DNA from: an uncultured Chloroflexia bacterium
Lineage (GTDB): Bacteria > Chloroflexota > Limnocylindria > QHBO01
NCBI GenBank assembly: GCA_963825525.1
Contig: CAWGTN010000002.1
Coordinates: 704,001 to 768,000, forward strand
Reading direction: 5' to 3'
DNA: 64,000 nucleotides
Numbering within the stretch: the stretch's first letter is position 1; every line of letters begins with the position of its first letter. Below the pieces are notes generated by a model. That model saw nothing but the letters and a program-made list of their open reading frames with translations, was not told where the DNA came from and made no database searches. Below are positions 1 through 8,947 of the stretch, in pieces. A program made the translations under genes and the position numbers.

Positions 1-787
1 TCCCCACGGCGGTCGAACCGGTGAAGGCGACCTTGCTGACGTCAGGGTGCGCCACCAGCTCCATGCCGATCTCGCCCGGTCCGGTGATGATGTTCACGAC
101 GCCCGGCGGCAGGTCCGCCTGCCGCACGACATCGGCGAACAGGTAGGCCGTCAGCGGCGTGGTGGAAGCCGGCTTCAGGACGACGGTGTTGCCTGCCGCC
201 AGCGCCGGAGCGATCTTCCAGGCCAGCATGAGCAGCGGGAAGTTCCAGGGGATGACCTGGGCAGCAACCCCGAGGGATCGCGGGTCGCGGTTCGGAAAGG
301 CGTACTCGAGCTTGTCGGCCCAGCCCGCGTAGTAGAAGAAATGGGCGGCTGCCAGTGGCACGTCGACGTCGCGCGACTCCTTGATCGGCTTGCCGGAGTT
401 CATGCTCTCGACGACCGCGAACTCGCGACTTCGCTCCTGCATGATCCGCGCGATGCGGTAGAGGTACTTCGCTCGCTCGCGACCGGGCAGCTTCGACCAG
501 GAGGTCCGATGCGCCTCGCGGGCGGCCCCGACTGCCCGGCTGACATCCGCCTTCGAGGCGTGGGCCACCTTGGCCAGCGGCTCCTCCGTGGCGGGATTGA
601 TCACCGTGAACGTCTTCCGCGGCCGCGACGGACGGAACTCGTTGTCGATGAAGAGCCCGTACTCGGGCTCGATCCGGATGTGATCCGTGGCTTCGGGAGC
701 CGGCGCGTACTCCCACGGGCTGTCGCCCGCGGCAAGTCCCCACGAATTGGGTGCGGGGCGCGACTCCGGCTTCTGGGTGAGCGTCAT
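1..787 (-). CDS. Aldehyde dehydrogenase family protein (3' end runs off the window)
   Basis: Not in the ORF track; read by hand. Starts MTLTQKPES..WEYAPAPEATDHIRIEPEYGLFIDNEFV and contains QVIPWNFPLLMLAWKIAPALAAGNTVVLKPA and KVAFTGST. TAATCT lies 6 nt before the ATG. Confidence 0.92.
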   Translation of the reverse strand, partial: MTLTQKPESRPAPNSWGLAAGDSPWEYAPAPEATDHIRIEPEYGLFIDNEFRPSRPRKTFTVINPATEEPLAKVAHASKADVSRAVGAAREAHRTSWSKLPGRERAKYLYRIARIMQERSREFAVVESMNSGKPIKESRDVDVPLAAAHFFYYAGWADKLEYAFPNRDPRSLGVAAQVIPWNFPLLMLAWKIAPALAAGNTVVLKPASTTPLTAYLFADVVRQADLPPGVVNIITGPGEIGMELVAHPDVSKVAFTGSTAVG

Positions 788-863
788 CGCCGCAGATTAT
801 CGCACGCACGCCCCGACGGGCCCCATCGGGCCGTCCCGCGCGCTGCGCTACACTCCGCCGGCC

Positions 864-1499
864 ATGCCGTCCCTCGCGCCCAGAGCGGGCATCCTCGCCG
901 CCCTGGCAATCGGCTTCCTCGTCGGCGCCCTCAGCTCATTCGGCGACGGGGCACCCGTAACCGTCGTGAATGCGCTGGCCAATGCCGCCGGGCCGTGGCT
1001 CATCGGCGCGTTCTTCGCCGGTGCTCTCCAGACCGACCACCGACGCGGGGCAGTGGCCGGCGTCGCTGCACTGCTCGTTGCCTTCGGCCTCTACTACGGG
1101 CGGATCTGGCTGGCCGGCAACGGCTTGCCTGTGGCCCTGGCCCTCGGGTGGCTGGTGCTCACGGTCGCTGTCGGCCCGACGATGGGGATGGTCGGCGCCG
1201 CCTGGGTCCGGCGCGATGATCGCTGGAGGACGGTGGCCGTCAGCCTTCTGGCGGCCGGCCTGCTGGCGGAGGCGGCCCACCGCTTCATCCTGCTGGAGGC
1301 GTGGGACGGCATCGACCTGTCACGCACCTACATGCAGCTCGCCGTGGCGAACACCGTGATCGCCGTGGCCCTCCCACTGACGCTGCTCGAGCGACGTCGG
1401 TGGCTCCCAGCGTTCGCGAGTGCCCTCGCGCTCGGCACGGTGTCGCTCGTCATCCTGCTCGGCGTCGCTGCCGTCCTCGCCGCGCTCAGCGGGCGCTGA
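864..1499 (+). CDS. Multi-pass membrane protein (DUF6518-like)
   Basis: About 6-7 hydrophobic segments and an ANAAGPWL motif. The ATG at 864 is preceded by TACACT. Family assignment is tentative. Confidence 0.7.
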   Translation: MPSLAPRAGILAALAIGFLVGALSSFGDGAPVTVVNALANAAGPWLIGAFFAGALQTDHRRGAVAGVAALLVAFGLYYGRIWLAGNGLPVALALGWLVLTVAVGPTMGMVGAAWVRRDDRWRTVAVSLLAAGLLAEAAHRFILLEAWDGIDLSRTYMQLAVANTVIAVALPLTLLERRRWLPAFASALALGTVSLVILLGVAAVLAALSGR

Positions 1500-1537
1500 G
1501 CCGGCCTACGCGTCCTCCACACTGATCGTGGAGACTG

Positions 1538-1924
1538 TCATTCCCCCACCGTCCCGACCACCTCGACAGATTCGGCCCAGCTCACGTCGTCTGCGGTGTC
1601 GAGCTCCACGCCGGCAAGGTCGAGTCCCAGAATCTCGATTCGATCCCCCGCACACTGCGGCGGGAAGGACTCGGCGATCGCACTGCACAGGAGCACGGTC
1701 CCGTCGCCGTCGACGAAGAGGGCGCCGGTGACCCGGATCGGCAGGTCCGCGCTGACGCCGAGCGCCTGGCCGACCTGCAGCGCCGGAGCCTCCGGGATCG
1801 CGTCGACGATGGTGAGCACGGGAAGGCCAGTCGAGCCTCCCGGAGGTGGCGTGGCGCTCCCCGGTGCGGCGCAGCCCGCGATCAGCAGGGTGCCGCCGAG
1901 CACCAGAGCGGTTCGAATGGACAC
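1538..1924 (-). CDS. Hypothetical lipoprotein
   Basis: Lipobox LIAGC, Pro/Gly linker, and CSAIAESFPPQC motif. GGAGA RBS upstream. Confidence 0.75.
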   Translation of the reverse strand: MSIRTALVLGGTLLIAGCAAPGSATPPPGGSTGLPVLTIVDAIPEAPALQVGQALGVSADLPIRVTGALFVDGDGTVLLCSAIAESFPPQCAGDRIEILGLDLAGVELDTADDVSWAESVEVVGTVGE

Positions 1925-1964
1925 GGGCGTCGGTCTCCGATGCGAGATGGGATTCGCCGCGTCA

Positions 1965-1990
1965 GACGTGCAGCGGCGTCGCCCGGTTCC
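1965..1990 (-). promoter_or_regulatory. Putative ECF sigma promoter GGAAC-N17-CGTC
   Basis: Minus strand reads GGAAC CGGGCGACGCCGCTGCA CGTC directly after the ogt stop and upstream of the lipoprotein gene. Confidence 0.5.
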
Positions 1991-1992
1991 CT

Positions 1993-2607
1993 TCAGCCGG
2001 ATGTCGCCCCTTCGAGTTCCAGGAGGAAGCGCTTACGGTCGGGCCCGCCCGCGTATCCGCCGAGGCCGCCCGACGCGTGCAGCACGCGGTGACACGGGAC
2101 GACGATGGGGATCGGGTTCGACCCGAGCGCATTGCCCGCGGCCCGGTACGCCTTCGGGGAGCCCGCTGCGGCAGCAACGTCGCGGTACGAGCTCACCGAG
2201 CCGAACGGGATCCGCGCGGTGGCGCGCAGGACGTCGTGAGCGAAGCCACGGATCAGGCGCCAGTCGACCTCGACATCGAACTCGCGCCGCGAGCCGGCGA
2301 AGTACTCCTCAAGCTGCCTCCGGACCGCGTCGGTCCGCTCGGGAGCCCGCAGAACGCGCGGCGAGACGGCGTCGGCGAGCTCGCGGAGCTGCGACTCGGT
2401 CTGCTCGTCGGGATAGGCCACCCGGACGAGTCCGCGCGCCGTCACGAACAGCGTCAGCGGACCGAGCGGAGAGTCGTACGACGCGTAGGCGACGTCCAGC
2501 AGGCCGGCGTGCGTTGCGTCGGCGACCAGCCGCCGGCGCAGCCGATCCAGGTCGAGAGGCTCCGCCGCCACCTGCCGGGCCAGCGCTCGCTCGAGATCGT
2601 CGGTCAC
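1993..2607 (-). CDS. ogt: Methylated-DNA--protein-cysteine S-methyltransferase
   Basis: NPIPIVVPCHRV active site and RAAGNAL recognition helix. Carries an N-terminal helical extension of about 35 aa. Confidence 0.93.
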   Translation of the reverse strand: MTDDLERALARQVAAEPLDLDRLRRRLVADATHAGLLDVAYASYDSPLGPLTLFVTARGLVRVAYPDEQTESQLRELADAVSPRVLRAPERTDAVRRQLEEYFAGSRREFDVEVDWRLIRGFAHDVLRATARIPFGSVSSYRDVAAAAGSPKAYRAAGNALGSNPIPIVVPCHRVLHASGGLGGYAGGPDRKRFLLELEGATSG

Positions 2608-3089
2608 GACGCCACCTCCCGCCGCAGGCGGCGCAGGGCCGTGCTCACGTTCTGGCGTGCGGCCTCCGCGCTCGTTCCCATGCGTTCCCCGATCTCGTCG
2701 TAGGGCAGATCCAGCACGAAGCGATGGACGATCGCCACCCGCTGCTTCGGAGGCAGCGACCGCACCTGCGCCCAGAGCGCGTCGTCGGGCAGCTCGGGAT
2801 GCACCGGCGCCACGGGATCGTGGCCGCCAAGCTCGCTCTCGGGCCGGCGGCCCCGTCGTCGGACCACGTCAGTCGCCTTCCGCTGGGCGATCGTGTACAG
2901 CCACGCTCGCAAGTGATGGGCGTTGCTGAGCTTTGGATAGGCGCGGAGCGCGGACATGTAGGTCTCCTGGAGGCAATCCTCCGCCTCGATCGGGCCGACA
3001 AGCCCCACGAGAAAACGATGGAGCTCGCGGGCATGGGCCTCGATCAGAAGCTCGAACGGCGGCAGGTGCACACGGATGGAACGGCTCAC
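2604..3089 (-). CDS. ECF RNA polymerase sigma factor
   Basis: Region 2 (AEDCLQETY..RAWLYTIA) and region 4 (LPPKQRVAIV..YDEIGERMG). Overlaps both neighbours by 4 nt. Confidence 0.9.
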   Translation of the reverse strand: MSRSIRVHLPPFELLIEAHARELHRFLVGLVGPIEAEDCLQETYMSALRAYPKLSNAHHLRAWLYTIAQRKATDVVRRRGRRPESELGGHDPVAPVHPELPDDALWAQVRSLPPKQRVAIVHRFVLDLPYDEIGERMGTSAEAARQNVSTALRRLRREVAS

Positions 3090-3784
3090 ATGTCGGCAGC
3101 GTGAGATCGATCCGCCGCGCGACGGACGAGCTCCTCAAGGGCCGTCGGGTCGTCCCGCTCGACCACGTAGGCCCCCTCGGCGCCGCCGGCGCGCCAGCCG
3201 ATCTCGATGCCGGGATTCTGCGCGTTGGTCCCGTCGGGGCAGAAGACGTGCACTGAGCCCCGGACCTCGTCTCCGCGCGCAACGGCCCAGTCGGCAATCA
3301 GGTCGCCGCGCGCAACGCCGGTGTCGAGCGCATCGGCGAGCGCCCCGACATCGACGTCATCGCACTCGTTGGCGACTTCCAGGATCACGTGGCGCAGGCT
3401 GATGCAGCGGCTCTCCCCGAAGAATGCCCGGCGGAGGCCGCGATCGAGCTCGTCGGAGGCTGCCAGGGATTGGAGCTTCGCGGCCTGTACGGCCTCCATC
3501 GGCGGCAGCATGGTGACCGGCCATGCATGATCCGCGGCGCTCCACGCCTGCCAGCCCGCTCGGGGCGCGAGGGTGCGCGCCACCGGCCACTCGGCATCGA
3601 TGCTGGTTCGGGGCGTGGGCTCGCTGTTGAACAGCTCGAGCGGGAAGGCGTGGTGATCGAACGCCACACGGTCCTCGAGGCCCAAGCGCCGACGTGCGTC
3701 GTGGAGTCGCCAGATCACCGCGTGCGACCAGGGGCAGCCAATGTCCGACCACAGCATCATCGTCCCGGGCGCAACGTCGATCAT
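3086..3784 (-). CDS. DsbA-like thioredoxin-fold protein (CxxS)
   Basis: WSDIGCPWS motif, FPLELFN and LRRAFF. TAGAGT lies 7 nt before the ATG. Confidence 0.8.
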   Translation of the reverse strand: MIDVAPGTMMLWSDIGCPWSHAVIWRLHDARRRLGLEDRVAFDHHAFPLELFNSEPTPRTSIDAEWPVARTLAPRAGWQAWSAADHAWPVTMLPPMEAVQAAKLQSLAASDELDRGLRRAFFGESRCISLRHVILEVANECDDVDVGALADALDTGVARGDLIADWAVARGDEVRGSVHVFCPDGTNAQNPGIEIGWRAGGAEGAYVVERDDPTALEELVRRAADRSHAADM

Positions 3785-3812
3785 CGCTCCAACTCTACCG
3801 AGCGGGGGTGGG

Positions 3813-4706
3813 TCAGGGTTCGACCACCACGTTCAGCGCGGTATCGCCGATCTCGACGTTCTGATGATTCCCGGAGAAGCGATTGCCGCGGATCGTGACC
3901 CCGTCGGCGTTCGAGGCGATGATCACGCCCCACCAGCCATTGCGGATCTCGTTTCCCTCGATGAGCAGATTGACCGGGCCCGGGTCATGGAAGACGTGGA
4001 TGGCACCACCGCCCAGGCCGCTCGCATCGAGCACGCTGTTGCGAATCGTGAGGTTGGTGACCGGTCCCGCCCCCGGGTAGATCAGGTGCTCGAGGACCGA
4101 TCCGGGGTCGCCTCCGCTGCTGTTGCCCTCCATGACCAGCCCATCGAGGACAACATCACTGGTCGCTCCCAGGACGAGCAGGATGCCGTTCTGCACGGGC
4201 CGGTAGTTCGTGATCTGGAGATCCTCGATGACCAGGTCGTGCACGTCGCTGAAGATCAGCCACTGCTCGAGCCCGTCCCCGTCGAAGATCGCGGTCTCAC
4301 CGGGGGCCGCCGCGAAGGTGATCGGCGCCTCGGGGGTCCCGCTGGCGACCCACCCGTAGCCTCCCTGCCCGATGTATCGGCCGCCGCGCGCGAGCAGAGT
4401 GTCGCCCGGGCGAAGCTCCCCGGATGCGCGGATGGCCGAGCGCCACGGGTGCTCGCTGCTGCCATCCGCCGCGTCGTCTCCATCCGGCGCGAGGTAGTAC
4501 GTCCGCACGCCGTCGTCGAGGCTCGAGCTCGGAGTGACGATCGGGCGACCGGTGGCCGCGGGCGTGCCCGACGGCGGGTTGCCGGGGAGCACTCCCTCGG
4601 CCGGTGACCGCCACGGCCCGAAGCCCACGATCAGGAGGCCGAGCAACCCCACGGCAACCGCCGGGGCGAGGACGATCAGCCATCGAGGAATCGGGCCAGA
4701 GCGCAT
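3813..4706 (-). CDS. Membrane-anchored right-handed parallel beta-helix protein
   Basis: N-terminal TM helix, YYLAPDGDDAADGSSEHPWRS, PGDTLLARGGRY, and repeated xxIxxNxx strands. Confidence 0.8.
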   Translation of the reverse strand: MRSGPIPRWLIVLAPAVAVGLLGLLIVGFGPWRSPAEGVLPGNPPSGTPAATGRPIVTPSSSLDDGVRTYYLAPDGDDAADGSSEHPWRSAIRASGELRPGDTLLARGGRYIGQGGYGWVASGTPEAPITFAAAPGETAIFDGDGLEQWLIFSDVHDLVIEDLQITNYRPVQNGILLVLGATSDVVLDGLVMEGNSSGGDPGSVLEHLIYPGAGPVTNLTIRNSVLDASGLGGGAIHVFHDPGPVNLLIEGNEIRNGWWGVIIASNADGVTIRGNRFSGNHQNVEIGDTALNVVVEP

Positions 4707-4717
4707 GGGACGCGGAC

Positions 4718-5680
4718 TCAGTCGAGCGTGAAGTAGTCGCTGCCCGAGTAGCGCCCGGTGCGCTCCTTGCGGATCTGCATGAGCACGTCGTTCAGCAGGC
4801 TCGATGCGCCGAAGCGGAAAAGGTCAGGTGTCATCCAACGCGGGCCGAGGGTCTCGTACAGGGTCGTGAGGTACGAGATCGCCTCCTTGGCGGTCTTGAT
4901 CCCACCTGCCGGCTTCATACCCACCACGCGCCCGGTCTGGGCGTGGAAGTCTCGGATCGCCTCGAGCATGACGAGCGTGACCGGGAGCGTGGCCGCGGGC
5001 TGCACCTTTCCGGTCGAGGTCTTGATGAAGTCGGCACCGGCGGCCATGGCCAGGACCGAGGCACGACGCACGTTGTCGTAGGTCTCCAGCTCGCCGGTCT
5101 CGAGGATCACCTTGAGGTGCGCCTCGCCGCACGCGTCCTTGACCGCAACGATCTCGTCGTACACCGATGCGTAGTCCCCCGCCAGGAAGGCGCCGCGGTC
5201 GATGACCATGTCGATCTCGTCGGCTCCCATTTCGACGGCGCCGCGCACGTCAGCCAGCTTGAGCTCGAGGGGCGCCTGTCCAGACGGGAAGTAGGTCGCC
5301 ACCGATGCGACCTTGACTCCCGACCCCTTCAGAGCCTCGACGGCGGTCGGAATCATGTTGGGATACACGCACAGCGCAGCCACCGAGGGAATGCTCGGGT
5401 CCGTGGGATCCGGCCGGCGCGCCTTGCCCGCGAGAGCGCGAATCTTGCCGGGAGTGTCCTTCCCCTCGAGCGTGGTGAGATCCATCATGCGGATCGCCAT
5501 GTCGAGGGCCCACAGCTTGGCGTCCTTCTTGATCGATCGCTTCGCGAGACTCGCGGCCCGCTCCTCCACGCCGACGGCGTCGACGGCCCAGACGCGGCCC
5601 AGCAAACTGCCCAGATGCTGGTGCTGCTTGCCGGTCAGCTCGCGTCGCGAAGTCGTGAGATCGCTGGTGGAGGTGCTCAT
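4718..5680 (-). CDS. deoC: Deoxyribose-phosphate aldolase
   Basis: DLTTLEG, GADEIDMV, LKVILETGEL, FIKTSTGK, KPAGG and FRFGASSLL. TACAAT lies 9 nt before the ATG at 5680. Confidence 0.95.
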   Translation of the reverse strand: MSTSTSDLTTSRRELTGKQHQHLGSLLGRVWAVDAVGVEERAASLAKRSIKKDAKLWALDMAIRMMDLTTLEGKDTPGKIRALAGKARRPDPTDPSIPSVAALCVYPNMIPTAVEALKGSGVKVASVATYFPSGQAPLELKLADVRGAVEMGADEIDMVIDRGAFLAGDYASVYDEIVAVKDACGEAHLKVILETGELETYDNVRRASVLAMAAGADFIKTSTGKVQPAATLPVTLVMLEAIRDFHAQTGRVVGMKPAGGIKTAKEAISYLTTLYETLGPRWMTPDLFRFGASSLLNDVLMQIRKERTGRYSGSDYFTLD

Positions 5681-5727
5681 CGGCCGATCATTGTACCGTC
5701 CGCGCAGCCTGCTACCCTTCGAGGCCG

Positions 5728-6099
5728 ATGGCCGCTGAACCGATCGTGTACTGCGTGACCCGTGACCGCGCGCTCGCCGCGGCGCTCGACGGCCGCCTGG
5801 CCGGCGCGATCGCGTTCTTCTATAACGATGCTGCACGCCTGCACCAGGCCGTCATGCTGCGCCGGCCCGATCACGTGGTCGTCGACACTGGCGCGATTCA
5901 TGAGGAGTACGGCGACGCCGGACTGGGCCCGGTGCTGGACTTCCTGCGCCATCGCGCCGCCGGCACGAGGCTGTCGATTCGACCGACGCTCGGCGCCGAG
6001 CACCTGATCCTGGCCGAGGCCGGAACCGACGTGTCGCTCCTGCCGCACGAGATCAACGCGTGCGTGGAAGCCGTTGCCTCCGCCTGTGGCTGCGACTGA
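5728..6099 (+). CDS. Hypothetical protein, atypical receiver-domain-like, with C-terminal Cys cluster
   Basis: 123 aa alpha/beta pattern, RRPDHVVVD, ends CVEAVASACGCD. TACCCT lies 9 nt before the ATG. Confidence 0.6.
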   Translation: MAAEPIVYCVTRDRALAAALDGRLAGAIAFFYNDAARLHQAVMLRRPDHVVVDTGAIHEEYGDAGLGPVLDFLRHRAAGTRLSIRPTLGAEHLILAEAGTDVSLLPHEINACVEAVASACGCD

Positions 6100-6105
6100 C
6101 GGGCG

Positions 6106-6558
6106 TCAGCCGTCCCCCGCGATGAGGGCCGAGGGCACGGCGCAGGCGGACTCGCCGCCGAACTCGGCAGCGACCGGTGCCGGCGGTATCCGGCCGCGGC
6201 GACGCGGAGGCCAGTAGCGCCAGGCGACCACCCAGCTGATGCCGGACGCGGGCACCGCACCGAAGACGCGGCCATCCGTGCTCCAGGCGGGATTGTCGCC
6301 GCGCAGATCCACGCCCGAGGCGCGGACGCGCGCCACCCGCTTGACGATCTCGCGGGATGGCCGCCGAGGGTCAGTGACGACCACCACGTCTCCGGGGCGC
6401 GGTGGCCGTGCCCGTCGAACCAGCAGGAGTCGATCCCCCGGCGCGAGGGTCGGCAGCATCGAACGGCCGCGCACCTCGACGGTGTCGAGCCAACGCCGAG
6501 CGACCCATGCCACCGCGAGGACGAAGAGAGGCGCCACGGCGGCGCCTCTCCATCTCAT
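6106..6558 (-). CDS. sodX: Nickel-type superoxide dismutase maturation protease (S26 family)
   Basis: GRSMLPTL, IVKRV and GDNPAWSTDGRVFG. Immediately downstream of sodN. Confidence 0.9.
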   Translation of the reverse strand: MRWRGAAVAPLFVLAVAWVARRWLDTVEVRGRSMLPTLAPGDRLLLVRRARPPRPGDVVVVTDPRRPSREIVKRVARVRASGVDLRGDNPAWSTDGRVFGAVPASGISWVVAWRYWPPRRRGRIPPAPVAAEFGGESACAVPSALIAGDG

Positions 6559-6571
6559 CGGTGGCCGCCCG

Positions 6572-7003
6572 TCAGGAAGGGCGCCCGTTGACGCGGGTCT
6601 TCTCGAGGCCGCCCGTCGCCTTCCACATCTCATCGACGGTGTCGATCATGGCAAGCAGCTCCTTGGCGGCGCCGGCATCCAGGCTCTGCTTCACCTTGCT
6701 GGCCTGCTTGGTGGCCTTCCAGAATGTGTCGTGCAGGTCCGGGTACTTCTCGAGGTGCTCCGGTTTGAAGTAGTCGTGCCAGAGGACGTCGAGATGATGC
6801 TTGACCAGCTCGGCGCGCTCCTCCTTGACGTGAATGCATCGTGCGCGGAACAGGGCATCATCGCTGGCATCGTGCTTCTCGATGATCCGGAGGCAGGATT
6901 CGGCCTCGATTCGCGCCTGTTCGGGGTCATAGACACCGCATGGGATGTCGCAGTGGGCATCCACGATCCGCGCCGGACGCAGGATGGATCGGAGGGTCAG
7001 CAT
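6572..7003 (-). CDS. sodN: Nickel superoxide dismutase precursor
   Basis: 16-aa leader followed by the nickel hook HCDIPCGVYDP, plus LWHDYFK. GAGGAG RBS and TAAGAT -10. Confidence 0.96.
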   Translation of the reverse strand: MLTLRSILRPARIVDAHCDIPCGVYDPEQARIEAESCLRIIEKHDASDDALFRARCIHVKEERAELVKHHLDVLWHDYFKPEHLEKYPDLHDTFWKATKQASKVKQSLDAGAAKELLAMIDTVDEMWKATGGLEKTRVNGRPS

Positions 7004-7087
7004 CGGTCTCCTCTCAGGTAAGGGCTTGCGTGCACTCGTGTTGTCATCTTAGGACGTTGCAAGCAGCCTGCCGAAGACCGCCCGTGA

Positions 7088-7843
7088 TCAGCTGCCCATC
7101 ACGATGCCGCCGTCGACCCCGAGCACCTGTCCTGTGACGTATCGGGCTTCGTCGGAGGCGAAATAGACGGCTGCGGCGGCGACGTCGTCGACCGATCCGA
7201 CGTAGCCGAGGGGCGTCATGTTCGTGAGCGCCTCGGTGGCCGCGACGGGCAGATCCGAGGTGAGGTCGGTGTCGATGAGTCCCGGCGCGATGGCGTTGCA
7301 GGTGATGCCGCGGCTCGCGAGCTCCCTGGCGGTGGTCTTCGTCAGTCCGATGAGTCCTGCCTTGGCGGCCGCGTAGTTCGCCTGGCCCGGATTACCCATC
7401 CGGCCGGCCGCGCTGGACATGTTGATGATCCGCCCCGCGCGGGCCTTCATCATCGGGCGGGCGATCGCGCGCGTCATCCAGAACGGGCCACCCAGATTGG
7501 TGTCGATCACGGCGTCCCACTCCTCGGCGTCCATCCGAACGAGCAGATTGTCCCGGGTGATCCCGGCATTGTTGACGAGGATGTCGACGGATCCGAGGGC
7601 GTCGATGCCGCCCTTCACGATCGCGTCACACGCCTCGCGACCGCCGCTGGTGTCACCCTGGATGGCAACGCCCCGGCGGCCGAGTGCGGCGATCTCGGCG
7701 ACCACGTCGTCGGCCGCCTCCTGGTTCCCCCGATAGTTGACCGCGACATCGGCACCCTGGCGGGCAAGGGCCAGCGCGATCGCCCTCCCGAGTCCCCGAC
7801 TGCCGCCGGTGACCAGCGCCGTCTTCCCCGTCAGGTCGAACAT
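7088..7843 (-). CDS. fabG: 3-oxoacyl-ACP reductase
   Basis: TGGSRGLG, NNAGITRD and YAAAK. Confidence 0.95.
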   Translation of the reverse strand: MFDLTGKTALVTGGSRGLGRAIALALARQGADVAVNYRGNQEAADDVVAEIAALGRRGVAIQGDTSGGREACDAIVKGGIDALGSVDILVNNAGITRDNLLVRMDAEEWDAVIDTNLGGPFWMTRAIARPMMKARAGRIINMSSAAGRMGNPGQANYAAAKAGLIGLTKTTARELASRGITCNAIAPGLIDTDLTSDLPVAATEALTNMTPLGYVGSVDDVAAAAVYFASDEARYVTGQVLGVDGGIVMGS

Positions 7844-8913
7844 CAGGCTGAGGCCCTTTCGAGCTCGCGCTGCGGCTGGCCGAGCCGCGTCTGCGAGCCG
7901 GGAGCCAGGAACGCGCGCGCCGGATCGGCCGTCCACTCGACGACGGCGGCGCCGGCCGTGTAGCCAGCTCCGAAGGCAACCATGAGGATCGTGTCGCCGG
8001 GCTTGATTCGGCCGGCGGCCACGGCCTCCACCAGTGCCATGGGGACCGAGGCCGCACTCGTGTTGCCGTACTTCTCGATGTTGACGTACGTCTTCTCGGG
8101 CGGGATGTTGAGCTGCTTCTGGACGCTCGTGATGATCCGCAGGTTCGCCTGGTGGAAGACGAACTGGTCGACGTCGTCAACGGTCATGCCCGCGTTGCGC
8201 AGGGCCGCCACTGCGGACTCCCCCATCTGGCGGGTTGCGTACTTGTAGACCTCGCTGCCGAGCATCCGGATGGCGTGCTGGTGCGCGTCCACCGTCTCGT
8301 GGCTGGCGGGTCGCGCCGAACCCCCGGCCGGCATGATGATTCCCTCGCAGCCCGTCCCGTCGCTGAACAGGTCGAATCCCAGGAGCCCACCCTCCTTGTC
8401 CGAGGCCTGGAGGAGCACGGCACCCGCACCGTCACCGAAGAGGACGCACGTGCTGCGGTCGGTCCAATCCAGGAACCGGCTCAGCACCTCGACGCCGATG
8501 ACCATGACGTTGCGGTACATCCCGCTCCGGATGAAGCTGTGACCGGTGGCCAGGGCGTACAGGAATCCCGAGCACGCGGCCTGCAGGTCGAATCCCGATG
8601 CCCGCGTGGCCCCGAGCTCGGTGGCAACCAGGACGGCCGTTGCGGGCAGCGGGTAGTCGGGCGTGCAGGTTCCGACGATGATGAGATCCAGCTCGGAGGG
8701 CTGCAGGCCGGCAACCACCAGTGCATCGCGCGCGGCATGGACGGCGAGCGTCGTCGCCGTCTCGTCGTCGGCCGCGATCCGACGTTCGCGGATGCCGGTT
8801 CGAGACGTGATCCACTCGTCCGACGTGTCGACGATGGTGGAGAGCTCATCGTTCGTCATGACTCGCGACGGCGCGTACATCCCCCAGCCGCCGATCAGCG
8901 CATTGGTGGTCAT
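7843..8913 (-). CDS. fabH: Beta-ketoacyl-ACP synthase III
   Basis: DTSDEWITSRTGI, AACSGF, HQAN and YGNTSAAS. Confidence 0.96.
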   Translation of the reverse strand: MTTNALIGGWGMYAPSRVMTNDELSTIVDTSDEWITSRTGIRERRIAADDETATTLAVHAARDALVVAGLQPSELDLIIVGTCTPDYPLPATAVLVATELGATRASGFDLQAACSGFLYALATGHSFIRSGMYRNVMVIGVEVLSRFLDWTDRSTCVLFGDGAGAVLLQASDKEGGLLGFDLFSDGTGCEGIIMPAGGSARPASHETVDAHQHAIRMLGSEVYKYATRQMGESAVAALRNAGMTVDDVDQFVFHQANLRIITSVQKQLNIPPEKTYVNIEKYGNTSAASVPMALVEAVAAGRIKPGDTILMVAFGAGYTAGAAVVEWTADPARAFLAPGSQTRLGQPQRELERASA

Positions 8914-8947
8914 CGTGGTGCTCCTTGAATGAACTCGGTGCCGAATG

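Noticed and set aside
7020-7070. Nur (nickel) box upstream of sodN
   Set aside because: Only one TTGCAA half-site with a poor partner, and GCTTGC/GCAAGC are too far apart.
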